A stretch of DNA of 64,000 nucleotides from a bacterium (GCA_030647205.1 JAUSJO010000008.1:28770-92769), one strand, 5' to 3'. Positions 17,535 through 27,025 are shown, counted from the first letter of the stretch. The notes: generated from the letters alone by a model not told the origin. Translations and numbers: made by a program.

Positions 17535-18164
17535 TTAGTATTTAGGATGAGGGATAAGACCAAGCTCGTTGATCGGTAAAATTCTGATCCATGCTTTTCC
17601 GGTAATGTGGTCTTTCGGTAGAACTCCCCATTCTCTAGAGTCGAGACTGGCATTGGGCTGTCTGTTGTCGCCGAGGACAAAGTATTCATTTTTGCCCAGG
17701 GTTTTGTTGATGCTACCCAGAAGTTTGTAGTTATCACTTTTTGGGATGTATGATTCATTTAAAACAAAACCATCAGGATGCTCTTTATTTTTTATTGTCA
17801 CGGTCCCGTCTTTGATGACGACAGTTTCTCCTGGTACGCCGATGATTCTTTTAATGAAATTAGTGCAGGGACCCTGAAGAAAAGTTCTATTGATAACGCT
17901 TTTTGATATAAAGCTGTCGCACTGGTTTTCGGGGTGCTTAAAAATTATGACTTCGCCACGATGCAGACCGAAGATCCTTGATGAAAGCTCCTCAACAAAG
18001 ATATACTCATTGTCGTGAAAGTTCGGTTCCATAGAACTCCCCTTGACAATGAAGGGCTGAATGATGAAAAAACGGACAACTATTATTAAAACAGAAACTA
18101 TCAATATTGTTTTGATTATTTCTTTAGTGAATATTTTTCCGTTTTCGGATTTTTCTTGTTCCAT
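17535..18164 (-). CDS. lepB: Signal peptidase I
   Basis: N-terminal TM, catalytic-Ser box 'GSSMEPNF', and 'GDNRQPNASLDSREWGVLPKDHITGKA' (Lys-box region). Confidence 0.9.
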   Translation of the reverse strand: MEQEKSENGKIFTKEIIKTILIVSVLIIVVRFFIIQPFIVKGSSMEPNFHDNEYIFVEELSSRIFGLHRGEVIIFKHPENQCDSFISKSVINRTFLQGPCTNFIKRIIGVPGETVVIKDGTVTIKNKEHPDGFVLNESYIPKSDNYKLLGSINKTLGKNEYFVLGDNRQPNASLDSREWGVLPKDHITGKAWIRILPINELGLIPHPKY

Positions 18165-18288
18165 AGAGCTATAACTTATTCTTTCTTACTACAAACTAAC
18201 AAACAGTGTAGCAACAAAACACTTGGCGGGCAATGGATTTTTTTGTATACTTTCCTTGTTAAACATTATCAAAATACGTAAAGGTAAA

Positions 18289-19662
18289 ATGAGTAAAAAA
18301 TCGATTGATGACATATTGAGTGAGATTGAAAACGAAAAAACCGGAGAAGAAGTGCGAAAAAACGAAGGCGGCGAAAAGACCCCTGTAAAGTTTAAAAAGA
18401 AAAAGAAAAAGAACTGGAAAAAAAGGATTATCCTTACATTGCTTGTCGTATTCTTGATTGGCGGTTCTTTAGTCGGTGTCAAAGCTTATATGATGGCAAA
18501 GAAAATGTTTCAGGGAGGGACGGTCCCCGGTCTTTTGGGTTTCTTGGGTCAAAACCAGCTGAAGGGTGAGGCGGATGGAAGGATTAATATTCTGCTTCTT
18601 GGCATCGGCGGTGCAAACCATCCCGGCGGAACGCTGACAGACACCATAATGGTTGCCAGTATCAAGCCGCAGACAAATGAAGTTGCTATGTTGAGCGTTC
18701 CGCGAGACCTATATGTTCCGATTGACGGTTACGGAAAGGACAAGATAAATGCCGCAAATGCTCTCGGCGAGCAGAAAAACTATCCCGGTGGCGGTATGGC
18801 ACTCTCAAAAGATACGATTTCAAAAACTCTTGATATTCCAATCCACTATACTGTCAGAGTTGATTTTGAAGGTTTTTCTAAGATCATTGATGCTGTCGGC
18901 GGAGTGGATATGGATGTTGAGCAGGATCTGTATGATCCATACTATCCTGATGGTACATACTCAATCAAAAAAGGGCATTATCACATGGACGGGAAAGCGG
19001 CGCTTAAATATGCCAGGAGTCGTGAGACTACCTCTGACTTTGACAGAGCAAAAAGACAGCAGAAAATAATAATTGCCGTAAAAGAGAAGGTATTAAGCGC
19101 AGGAACGCTTACAAATCCTCAAAAAATGAATGATATTTTATCAGCACTTTCTGATCATATCAAAACAGATATGCAAATATGGGAAGCCCAAAGGCTTGCA
19201 ACTATTTTCCAAAAAGTAGATAAAAATAAAATTATAAACAGAGTTTTAGATAACTCGGCAGATGGACCGCTTGAGTCTGCCAACATGGGAATGTATGTTC
19301 TTTTGCCTAAAACAGGAAACTTTAAGGAAATCCAAAGTATTGCTCAAAATATTTTTACCGATTCTTCTCTCAGAAGTGAGGCGGCGAAAATACAAGTATT
19401 GAATGCCACAGGGGTTTCGGGACAGGCGAAAAAGGCAGCAGATGGAATCTCAGGAAACGGATTTAAAATAGAAGATGTTTCAAACGCAGACGAAGTTAAC
19501 ACGGCAACCGTCATTTATGATCACTCAAATGGGACAAAGCCAAAAACGATAGAGTTTCTCGAGAAAAAATACTGTGTCAAGTCAGTGCAAAAGGCTGACA
19601 ATACCGGTGCGGGCTATGACATCTCGGTTGTGATAGGTAAAGACCAGCTAAACAAAGACTGA
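18289..19662 (+). CDS. LytR-CpsA-Psr (LCP) family cell-envelope phosphotransferase
   Basis: 'INILLLGIGGANHPGGTLTDTIMVASIKP...LSVPRDLYV' is the LCP core. The C-terminal region is LytR_C-like. The start is trimmed to the ATG at 18289 (MSKKS), which has SD 'aaaggtaaa'; the upstream part of the longer ORF is a poly-A/T tract. Confidence 0.85.
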   Translation: MSKKSIDDILSEIENEKTGEEVRKNEGGEKTPVKFKKKKKKNWKKRIILTLLVVFLIGGSLVGVKAYMMAKKMFQGGTVPGLLGFLGQNQLKGEADGRINILLLGIGGANHPGGTLTDTIMVASIKPQTNEVAMLSVPRDLYVPIDGYGKDKINAANALGEQKNYPGGGMALSKDTISKTLDIPIHYTVRVDFEGFSKIIDAVGGVDMDVEQDLYDPYYPDGTYSIKKGHYHMDGKAALKYARSRETTSDFDRAKRQQKIIIAVKEKVLSAGTLTNPQKMNDILSALSDHIKTDMQIWEAQRLATIFQKVDKNKIINRVLDNSADGPLESANMGMYVLLPKTGNFKEIQSIAQNIFTDSSLRSEAAKIQVLNATGVSGQAKKAADGISGNGFKIEDVSNADEVNTATVIYDHSNGTKPKTIEFLEKKYCVKSVQKADNTGAGYDISVVIGKDQLNKD

Positions 19663-20489
19663 TGAAAATACCTGCAGGAAATAAATCGGACTTAGTTCTT
19701 GCATTTCTCTACGTAGAAAGCATCCTTCTCTCTTTAATAATAGAAAATAGAGGATTTTTCTGGCTCCTCTTCGCGTTTTCGACAGTAACTGTTTTTTTCT
19801 ATAGTATTATTTTTCTGGAAATACACTGGAAAAAAATCCTCGAAAGCGAAAAAAAATATGATGTGACTATAGTTGTTGTAATGACGGCAATGCTTAATGC
19901 CAACGTTATGGTTTTTGCTAATCGTCTCATCCTTGGCATCATACTGCTTATCTACTATGTTGGTCTCAGGTACTTGATGGGAATGTTTAAGAGTTCTAAT
20001 GTGAGCCAAATGCAGAAAAATGCCCTCAATCTGTCTGTTCTGTTTACAATATTTCTTGGCAGCAACCTTCTTACTAATATTACTATTATTTTAGAAAAAG
20101 GGGTTGGTGAGATAGCCGTTGCCCTTTCTAATGTTGTTATGTTTGCATTTCTTTATCTAATCTCCTACTATAACTTTGCAAAAAACAGAGTCCCAAAGAA
20201 GTGGGCTCGCGTGTATTCTGCCGTTTTGGCGCTTATTTTGAGCGAAGCGTCTCTACTTGCCGGTTTTTATCTTGAAAGATATCCAAGTATATACAAAGTT
20301 GAAAGCACATCAAACATGGCGATTGTTACATTGCCGCTTTTTCTGGTCGTAATATACTATATGTTGTATGGACTCATGATACATAAACTAGAAAAGAGAC
20401 TTGCTTCACGTGTTTTAATGGAATACGTAGGGATATCAACCGTGATACTGATAACTTTATTTATAACTATACGTTGGTTTGCAACATAG
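19662..20489 (+). CDS. Polytopic membrane protein, hypothetical
   Basis: 275 aa with about 7-8 hydrophobic helices. Translationally coupled to the LCP gene. Confidence 0.55.
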   Translation: MKIPAGNKSDLVLAFLYVESILLSLIIENRGFFWLLFAFSTVTVFFYSIIFLEIHWKKILESEKKYDVTIVVVMTAMLNANVMVFANRLILGIILLIYYVGLRYLMGMFKSSNVSQMQKNALNLSVLFTIFLGSNLLTNITIILEKGVGEIAVALSNVVMFAFLYLISYYNFAKNRVPKKWARVYSAVLALILSEASLLAGFYLERYPSIYKVESTSNMAIVTLPLFLVVIYYMLYGLMIHKLEKRLASRVLMEYVGISTVILITLFITIRWFAT

Positions 20490-20498
20490 GAGGCTTAT

Positions 20499-21653
20499 AT
20501 GGATCAATCTAGCAGTAGCAAGATCTCTGCGAAAAATTCAGATAATGAGAATGAACACGCAGTTTTAAAGAAAAAAGCTGCATTTTTAATAATTGCCTCT
20601 TTTGCTATGGGTATTTTAGGGGGGATCTTAGGATCTAATATTTCAAATGGGAATATAAACACTAACTTTGGCGGTGGAAATAAAACTTATAAGGTAACAG
20701 AACAGTCAGCAGTTATTGATGTAGTCAAAAAAGTTAGTCCTGCCGTAGTTAGTATTACAAGCGAGAGCTCGACCCTTGGGTTTTTTGGCCAAGTTCAACG
20801 GACAAAAAGTTCCGGTACAGGGTTCATTGTTGATCCAAACGGACTTATTGTTACAAATAAGCATGTTGTCGCAGATCAAAATGCCAAATACAGCGTTTTT
20901 ACAAGCGATGGCAAGGAGTATAAGGCGGAGATTAAAGCTCAGGATTCGTTAACCGACTTGGCATTTATAAAAATTGATGCAAAGGGTTTACCGGTTGCGG
21001 ATCTCGGCAACTCTGATGATCTTCAGGTTGGGCAAAGTGTGATTGCTATAGGTAATGCCCTGGGGCAATACCAAAATACAGTGACAACTGGTGTAGTCAG
21101 CGGTATCGGTAGGGCCATAGAGGCAGGAGACTCTACTGGCGGGTCTGCAGAGAATCTGGAAAATGTTATCCAGACTGATGCCGCTATAAACCCTGGAAAC
21201 TCAGGTGGTCCGCTTGTAAACATTGGCGGTCAAGTTATTGGTATAAACACTGCCGTAGATCAACAAGGGCAGCTCATCGGTTTTGCAATACCGATAAGTA
21301 TGATAAAAAAACAAATTGATTCCGTAAAAATTTCCGGTAAGATAGAGCGTCCCATTCTCGGAATTCGCTATATTCCTATTACGAAAGAGTTTGCGGCTAG
21401 AAATAACCTGAAAACCGAAAAAGGCGCGCTTGTCTACGGCGGGAGTGATCCGGGAGTCCTTCCGGGCTCACCGGCAGCCAAGGCGGGAATAAAAGACGGA
21501 GATATTATCCTAAAAATGGGCAATGATGAGCTTAACCAAAACCACTCTGTCACAGGGCTCTTACAAAAATATTCCCCAGGAGATAAGGTGACTCTCACAA
21601 TTCTCCGTGATTCAAAAGAACAAAAGATAGATGTGACCCTCGGGAAAAATTAG
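20499..21653 (+). CDS. htrA: HtrA/DegP family serine protease with a PDZ domain
   Basis: 'TGSGFIV', 'NPGNSGGPLVNIGGQVIGINTA' (catalytic Ser) and a C-terminal PDZ ('GSPAAKAGIKDGDIIL'). Confidence 0.9.
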   Translation: MDQSSSSKISAKNSDNENEHAVLKKKAAFLIIASFAMGILGGILGSNISNGNINTNFGGGNKTYKVTEQSAVIDVVKKVSPAVVSITSESSTLGFFGQVQRTKSSGTGFIVDPNGLIVTNKHVVADQNAKYSVFTSDGKEYKAEIKAQDSLTDLAFIKIDAKGLPVADLGNSDDLQVGQSVIAIGNALGQYQNTVTTGVVSGIGRAIEAGDSTGGSAENLENVIQTDAAINPGNSGGPLVNIGGQVIGINTAVDQQGQLIGFAIPISMIKKQIDSVKISGKIERPILGIRYIPITKEFAARNNLKTEKGALVYGGSDPGVLPGSPAAKAGIKDGDIILKMGNDELNQNHSVTGLLQKYSPGDKVTLTILRDSKEQKIDVTLGKN

Positions 21654-21776
21654 AGATAGTTTTCAGCGAAATTATTTTCATAATAATACCTCTTAAGTTT
21701 GACAAATGTAGGTAAATTTTGCTTTAATGATAGTAAGACTGTATTATTAACGTAAGGTTTAGCTAAAACATAAGGT

Positions 21777-22097
21777 ATGGCGAATAAAGAAAACTGTTGG
21801 GAGTTTAAAAAATGCGGCCGTGAACCGGGCGGGGAAAATGTTGGACATCTTGGTGTTTGTCCTGCTGCTCAGCATGGTGAAGGAGATGGCGTAAATGGAG
21901 GTGATTGTCGTGGTAGAGTATGTTTTGCCGTTACAGGAACTTTCTGTGGAGGAGAGATACAGGGAACATTTGCTCAGAAAGAAATAAGCTGCCTTGATTG
22001 CCCATTTTTCAATGTAGTTGAAGAGGAGGAAGGAAGCGACTTTTGTCTGCTTCTCCCGGGGCAAACATATACGCCAAGATACGACAAGAAGAAGTAA
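21777..22097 (+). CDS. Small cysteine-rich protein with a two-CW-like motif (CWEFKKCG ... C)
   Basis: About 12 Cys in 106 aa. 'NCWEFKKCGREPGGENVGHLGVCPAA' resembles the 2-CW domain consensus. A second Cys cluster is 'CRGRVCFAVTGTFCGG...CLDCPFF'. A candidate promoter (TTGACA, 18-nt spacer, TTTAAT) lies at about 21699-21730. Confidence 0.5.
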   Translation: MANKENCWEFKKCGREPGGENVGHLGVCPAAQHGEGDGVNGGDCRGRVCFAVTGTFCGGEIQGTFAQKEISCLDCPFFNVVEEEEGSDFCLLLPGQTYTPRYDKKK

Positions 22098-22612
22098 GGT
22101 TCATCCGCAAACACTATATAGATTTAAGTTTTTTAGTTTTGTTAAAGAAGAATATATTTTTTATAGCAAGCTTAATCCTGATTATAGGATTAGGTTTTTT
22201 GTTTTTTCAAACTAAAAATATTGAAAAACCTAAAACTGAAAAACCTAAGAATGATGTTTGTTATAAAGACAGGTGTTTCCAGGTAGAGATCGCAAGAACT
22301 TACGCTGAACATGAGAAAGGCTTGATGTCCAGGGAGTCCCTGCCTGCGGACCATGGAATGCTCTTTGTTTTTAGGGAGTCTAGTAGGTACTCATTCTGGA
22401 TGAAAAATACTCTTATTCCGCTTGATATTATCTGGCTTGATGAAAATGGCAAGGTTGTTTATATCAAGGAAAATACCAAACCTTGTGGAGAGGGTTTATG
22501 CGAGACGATGAAACCAGATACCCCTGCTCTGTATGTCTTAGAAATAAATAGCGGGAAAGTAAAAGAAGTCGGACTAAATGTCGGGGATAGTGTCCAGTTC
22601 GATTTTAAATAA
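22043..22612 (+). CDS. DUF192 (COG1430) domain membrane-anchored protein; the true start is probably near 22138 (TTG) or later
   Basis: N-terminal TM, then 'YAEHEKGLMSRESLPADHGMLFVFRESSRYSFWMKNTLIPLDIIWLDENGKVVYIKENTKPC', which matches DUF192. The 5' end of the ORF overlaps the upstream Cys-rich gene. Confidence 0.7.
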   Translation: MSASPGANIYAKIRQEEVRFIRKHYIDLSFLVLLKKNIFFIASLILIIGLGFLFFQTKNIEKPKTEKPKNDVCYKDRCFQVEIARTYAEHEKGLMSRESLPADHGMLFVFRESSRYSFWMKNTLIPLDIIWLDENGKVVYIKENTKPCGEGLCETMKPDTPALYVLEINSGKVKEVGLNVGDSVQFDFK

Positions 22613-22618
22613 TAAGAA

Positions 22619-22650
22619 AAGCGGCACCATTTCCGGTGCCGCTTGTTTTT
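22619..22650 (+). terminator. Rho-independent terminator
   Basis: gcggcacc-atttcc-ggtgccgc followed by TTGTTTTT. Confidence 0.8.
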
Positions 22651-22789
22651 ATACCTAGCTCGTTATTGCAGAGATCTAGATCAGCGGTCATTTTTTTGTT
22701 GATACGGTGAAAGCCACTTCGATTAGTGTAGAACCTACCAAGAGATACATCTCATGTCTCCCTTAGTATTTTCAATTTGGAGTTGGCTT

Positions 22790-23332
22790 TTAGCTTTTAA
22801 CAGGTTCCATAATGATTGCTATAGCTTCGACAAAGTGCTGAATGTACTGAGCATATTTACAGGTGACCAAGTTGCCGTTTACCACAACCGGCTTATCAAT
22901 AAACTCGCCCCTCGCTTCCATGATTTCTCTTACCGTCGGAGGGTCGCATGTCACTCTTCTGCCCTCTGATATGCCTGCTGCAGCGAGTGAAGCAGCCCCG
23001 TTTCCTATACTGCCGATGCACTTTCCTAAGCCATTTATAGCGAGAATGAGAGTCATTAGTTCGTCTTGAAGGCGAAGTAATGCAGGGGTTTCATGAGAGA
23101 GGATAATCAGACCATCAAGCCCCTTTTCATTTATTTCTGAGTATTTTCTCGTATTGGCAAACTTGTGGTTATCTCCTATAGCTCTTTCATTGCTTCCTAC
23201 GCCGATCAGTCGAAAACCCATAGGTTTAAGATGGGTTGCAAGTTTTAACGATTCAGCTGCTCTAAAACCGTTTTCGAGCACTATGCCTATTGCTTGTCCC
23301 TTGATATCCATCTTTCTCACTCCTTTCAGCAA
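22790..23332 (-). CDS. DJ-1/PfpI family protein
   Basis: Class-I glutamine-amidotransferase-like fold motifs ('LIGVGS', nucleophile-elbow-like 'CIGSIGNGAASLAAAGI'). 180 aa. Confidence 0.7.
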   Translation of the reverse strand: MLKGVRKMDIKGQAIGIVLENGFRAAESLKLATHLKPMGFRLIGVGSNERAIGDNHKFANTRKYSEINEKGLDGLIILSHETPALLRLQDELMTLILAINGLGKCIGSIGNGAASLAAAGISEGRRVTCDPPTVREIMEARGEFIDKPVVVNGNLVTCKYAQYIQHFVEAIAIIMEPVKS

Positions 23333-23463
23333 AGAAAATTATGGCAGAAATGCTTGATAGAAGGATTGATAATATTTAGAAGGTGCAAAAAGTGATTATA
23401 TCATAAATTCAATAAGTGGTAAAGTTTTTCTAATTATAAAAATAACCATAGAAACGCTTAAGC

Positions 23464-25002
23464 GTGAGTGCTAATATTATTCTCATGGAAAAGGAATATA
23501 TGGTAGAAAAAGACGGTTTTGAAGGCAAACCGACATCTGTATGGCTTGATACGACGCCGGAAACTCATTTTGACGCTTTAGCTACTGATTTGAGCACTGA
23601 TGTTTGTGTAGTTGGCGGGGGTATCGCCGGTCTTATGAGCGCATATTTGCTTACAGAAGCCGGACACAAAGTTGTAGTTATTGAAGCCGGGAAAATTGTT
23701 GAGGACGTGACGGCTTACACTACAGCGAAAATTACGTCTCAACATGGTGATATTTATAGCTATTTGATTAAAGCGATTGGCGAGACAAAGGCAAAAATGT
23801 ATGCAGATGCTAACCAGTCCGGACTTAGAAAAATAGTCTCTATAATTCTGGACAAAAAAATAGATTGTGATCTCGTGAAGCAATCCTCATATTTATTTAC
23901 CGAAAAATATAGAAATGTGCCGATGCTAAAAAAAGAAGCACAAGCTGCAGCGAGACTAGGGCTACCTGCCTCATTTGTTGAGAGCACTCCGCTTGGTTTT
24001 GATAAGGGCGCGGTAGAGTTTAGGAACCAAGCCCAGTTTCATCCGCGAAAGTTTCTGCTGTTTCTAGCAAAGGAAATTGTAAAGAAAGGGTCTATTTTTG
24101 AAAATACCAGAGCGCTTGACATTAAGGATGGCAGTGTCATTACCGATAAAGGCAAAGTAACCGCCAAGAATATCGTAATAGCGACACACTTTCCATTTTT
24201 TGATAAAGAACGATTTTATACCAAGCTTTTCCCACACAGGTCATATGTTCTGGGTATGAGATTAAAGTCAGAGGTGCCTGAAGGGATGTATTTTAATATT
24301 GATGGCAACAGGGGTTCTATGCGAAACCAGATAGTAGACGGTAAGAAATATCTTCTAGTAGGTGCGGGAACAGAAAAAGCGGGAGAGGATGCGGATACGG
24401 AAAAATATTATGAAAACAACAAACAGTATGCGGAAGCAAGATTCAAAGTCGACTCTATAGATTATCACTGGTTTACTCAAGATAATCGGACTTTGGACAG
24501 AGTCCCATATATAGGTAAGCTCTCGCAAGGAAATATCTATGTGGCGACGGGCTTTGGCGGTTGGGGGATGACGACAAGCGCGGTGAGCGCAATGATTATC
24601 ACCGACCTAATATCAGACAAGGTAAATCCGTGGTCGCCACTATTTAACCCAAACAGAAGGGCTTATGTGAAATATACAAAAACACTCATTGGTGAAAATG
24701 TAAAACTGGTTAGCCATCTTTTGTCAAGACGACTAAAAAGGCATGCTTTTGATCTTCCGACCGGATTTGAGGCGGGAGAGGGGAAAATTATCAAAGTAAA
24801 AGGGAAGAAAGTGGCCATTTATAAAGATAAAAAAGGAGAGATTCATGCGATGTCGCCGAAATGCACGCATATGGGTTGTACGGTGAACTGGAATGGCACG
24901 GAAAAGACGTGGGACTGTCCTTGCCATGGCTCACGATATAACTATGACGGCAAGGTCATTCATGGGCCGGCGCTACGGGATTTAGAGAAAGAAGAGATTT
25001 AG
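23464..25002 (+). CDS. FAD-dependent oxidoreductase fused to a C-terminal Rieske [2Fe-2S] domain
   Basis: N-terminal dinucleotide-binding 'VCVVGGGIAGLMSAYLL'. C-terminal Rieske boxes 'CTHMGC' and 'CPCHGSRY'. The start may be the ATG at 23479 or 23497. Confidence 0.8.
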   Translation: MSANIILMEKEYMVEKDGFEGKPTSVWLDTTPETHFDALATDLSTDVCVVGGGIAGLMSAYLLTEAGHKVVVIEAGKIVEDVTAYTTAKITSQHGDIYSYLIKAIGETKAKMYADANQSGLRKIVSIILDKKIDCDLVKQSSYLFTEKYRNVPMLKKEAQAAARLGLPASFVESTPLGFDKGAVEFRNQAQFHPRKFLLFLAKEIVKKGSIFENTRALDIKDGSVITDKGKVTAKNIVIATHFPFFDKERFYTKLFPHRSYVLGMRLKSEVPEGMYFNIDGNRGSMRNQIVDGKKYLLVGAGTEKAGEDADTEKYYENNKQYAEARFKVDSIDYHWFTQDNRTLDRVPYIGKLSQGNIYVATGFGGWGMTTSAVSAMIITDLISDKVNPWSPLFNPNRRAYVKYTKTLIGENVKLVSHLLSRRLKRHAFDLPTGFEAGEGKIIKVKGKKVAIYKDKKGEIHAMSPKCTHMGCTVNWNGTEKTWDCPCHGSRYNYDGKVIHGPALRDLEKEEI

Positions 25003-25049
25003 TTTTGTATACTTGTTTTTGCTTTTGGGTGAGTGTAATTTAGTAACAT

Positions 25050-25112
25050 AAGGCGTCATTCTGACGAAGGAAGAATCTCTAGATCCTTCGTACCTCAGGA
25101 TGACAAAAACGT
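25050..25112 (-). repeat. Short hairpin repeat (copy C), related to the 5' end of repeat copy A
   Basis: Its reverse complement 'cgtttttgtcatcctgaggtacgaaggatctagag' matches 2509-2545 'cgttttgtcatcctgaagtatggaggatctatgg'. It has an internal imperfect inverted repeat, gtcattctgacgaagg / ccttcgtacctcaggatgac. Confidence 0.6.
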
Positions 25113-25131
25113 AAAGTAGGAGAGGTATTTT

Positions 25132-25632
25132 ATGGCAAAAAACAAAAACTGGGAAGAGAAAATGAAAGATTCTAAGGATCTGCCGAAAGTTGTAAAGCTG
25201 GATCCAAAAGGCGTAAAGCAGTGGGGTGGCGAAACGATGGTTGTGCCCGCGCCTTTGGAGGTGGATGAGATTATGAGGAGTGTTCCGGAAGGTAAGTTGG
25301 TTACAATAAATGAAATTAGACAAAAGTTAGCAAAAAAACATCACACGGATATCGGCTGCCCACTAACATCCGGCATATTTGCCTGGATTGTCGCTAATGC
25401 AGCCGAGGAAATGAGAGAAACCCTAAATGCTCAGGGCAAGAAAGGGGAAATTAGTGATAAAGATATCACTCCTTGGTGGAGAACTCTAAAAACCGGCGGA
25501 TTTCTGAACGAGAAATTCCCAAGTGGTCCTGACATGCAAAAGAAAATGCTCGAAGGCGAGGGGCATAAAGTTGCTCAAAAAGGCAAGAAATGGCAAGTAG
25601 AAGATTATGAAAGTAAAGTTGTTAAGGTGTAA
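25132..25632 (+). CDS. MGMT-family DNA-binding-domain protein, alkyltransferase-like (active-site Cys replaced: PWWR)
   Basis: 'VPEGKLVTINEIRQKLA...IGCPLTSGIFAWIVANAA...ITPWWRTLKTGG' resembles the MGMT/ATL DNA-binding domain (consensus PCHRVV or PWHRVV). It has SD 'gtaggagagg'. Confidence 0.4.
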   Translation: MAKNKNWEEKMKDSKDLPKVVKLDPKGVKQWGGETMVVPAPLEVDEIMRSVPEGKLVTINEIRQKLAKKHHTDIGCPLTSGIFAWIVANAAEEMRETLNAQGKKGEISDKDITPWWRTLKTGGFLNEKFPSGPDMQKKMLEGEGHKVAQKGKKWQVEDYESKVVKV

Positions 25633-25634
25633 TT

Positions 25635-26105
25635 ATGAAAATCAAACTAAACTACATTATTATTCCCCTTATCGCCGTAGCTGTGGCGGTTTCGGGCAGC
25701 CTAGCAACATCTGCAAATATAGCTAGCTGGTATAGTAGCTTAACGCTGCCATCATTCGCTCCGCCAGGACAGATTATTGGTATTGTCTGGACAGCGCTTT
25801 ACGTTTTAATTACCGCCTCGGTTTTACTTTTTTGGAATAAATCCAAGCGCGATGATAAATTCCAGACTATTACCGGCATATTCCTCGTTAATGCTTTTCT
25901 AAATGCATTTTGGAGCTATGTATTTTTTTCTTTGCAGCAGATCGGCTTGGCAATTTTCGTATCAAGTGCAATGGCACTAACCATTTATGCCCTCATTTAT
26001 TTTATTTATTCTCGTCAAAGAATTGCGGCACTGCTCCTCATACCCTACGGTCTCTGGGTAACATTTGCCACATATCTCAACTATCTCATTTGGACGTTAA
26101 ACTAG
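25635..26105 (+). CDS. tspO: TspO/MBR family tryptophan-rich sensory protein
   Basis: 'WYSSLTLPSFAPPGQIIGIVWTALYVLITASVLL' and 'NAFWSYVFF' are TspO hallmarks. 5 TM helices. Confidence 0.85.
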   Translation: MKIKLNYIIIPLIAVAVAVSGSLATSANIASWYSSLTLPSFAPPGQIIGIVWTALYVLITASVLLFWNKSKRDDKFQTITGIFLVNAFLNAFWSYVFFSLQQIGLAIFVSSAMALTIYALIYFIYSRQRIAALLLIPYGLWVTFATYLNYLIWTLN

Positions 26106-26165
26106 AAGATTTCTTTTGTAACTATATACATATAAAAACTTTTATAGCTTTAATAAAATATAACC

Positions 26166-26645
26166 ATGATAGATCCAAACATTAAACCAACAGGATGCTG
26201 TGATCCTTTTGATCCCGAACCTTGGGATAAAAAGGAGATTTTGTGGGATGAGAAACTTTTTATGAAAGATCATATAAAAAGTGTTTTCCATATACCTATA
26301 GATATGAACAAAGTGATGACGAGAGATATGGAGAAGATTATGAAGGCGAACGCCAAAGGCGAGCAACTCATGCTTTCTGACGAGAAGTCTCTCTGGGGTT
26401 CAGATATCTATATTGCAGTTGCAAAAGAAGTGCCGGATGCTCAGATGACTACTCTTTCGGGCACATTTCTGACAAAAGTATATGAGGGGCCATATAAGGA
26501 TATACAAAAGTGGACTGAAGATATGAAGGAGTATGTGAAAGAAAAGGGTAAGGTAATAAAGAAAATGTATTTCTGCTATACCACCTGCCCTAACTGTGCC
26601 AAAGCCTACGGCAAAAACTATGTTATTCTCTTTGCCCAGGTATAG
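26166..26645 (+). CDS. Hypothetical protein
   Basis: 159-aa ORF with a C-terminal 'CYTTCPNCAKAYGKNYVI'. No confident domain. Confidence 0.5.
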   Translation: MIDPNIKPTGCCDPFDPEPWDKKEILWDEKLFMKDHIKSVFHIPIDMNKVMTRDMEKIMKANAKGEQLMLSDEKSLWGSDIYIAVAKEVPDAQMTTLSGTFLTKVYEGPYKDIQKWTEDMKEYVKEKGKVIKKMYFCYTTCPNCAKAYGKNYVILFAQV

Positions 26646-26709
26646 CTATCCTTGTGCTTCGACATTTTATGGCTTTGCACAATGTTTTTTTATAGATAAC
26701 TATATTATA

Positions 26710-26952
26710 ATGTTCGATAGACCTATTTTACCGATGCTGTATTCTATGGAGGGGCATGGGATGAATGAAGAAAGCGTAGAAATGGGCGAGAGTGCGCAAA
26801 TGGACAGTGCCGCTACTATATACAGCGGGTACACGAAATGTCCATATTGCAAAAAACCTATTTTTTCAGAACAGCTTCAGGGGCCGGGTGGCACATATGA
26901 GTGTGGCTCATGCCACAATCCTATAAGACCTGAGTTCCTGGAATGGAGATGA
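26710..26952 (+). CDS. Small zinc-ribbon protein; start uncertain
   Basis: 'CPYCKKPIF...CGSCHNPI' is a 4-Cys ribbon. The upstream part of the ORF overlaps the end of the previous gene, so it is trimmed to an internal Met. Confidence 0.3.
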   Translation: MFDRPILPMLYSMEGHGMNEESVEMGESAQMDSAATIYSGYTKCPYCKKPIFSEQLQGPGGTYECGSCHNPIRPEFLEWR

Positions 26953-26993
26953 AAAAATAGTCGTTAAAAAGTTTCTCCAGCAGGAGAAAGTAA

Positions 26994-27025
26994 AGGGGCG
27001 GTCCTGTGAGGCCGCCCCTTATTCT
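26994..27025 (+). terminator. Putative terminator
   Basis: aggggcggtcc-tgtg-aggccgcccct followed by a short T-rich tail. Confidence 0.4.

Noticed and set aside
18189-18482. 97-aa minus-strand ORF with a poly-Phe run
   Set aside because: It is the antisense reading of the A-rich 5' region of the LCP gene (FFFFFF comes from a poly-A tract). It has no SD and overlaps a well-supported gene.
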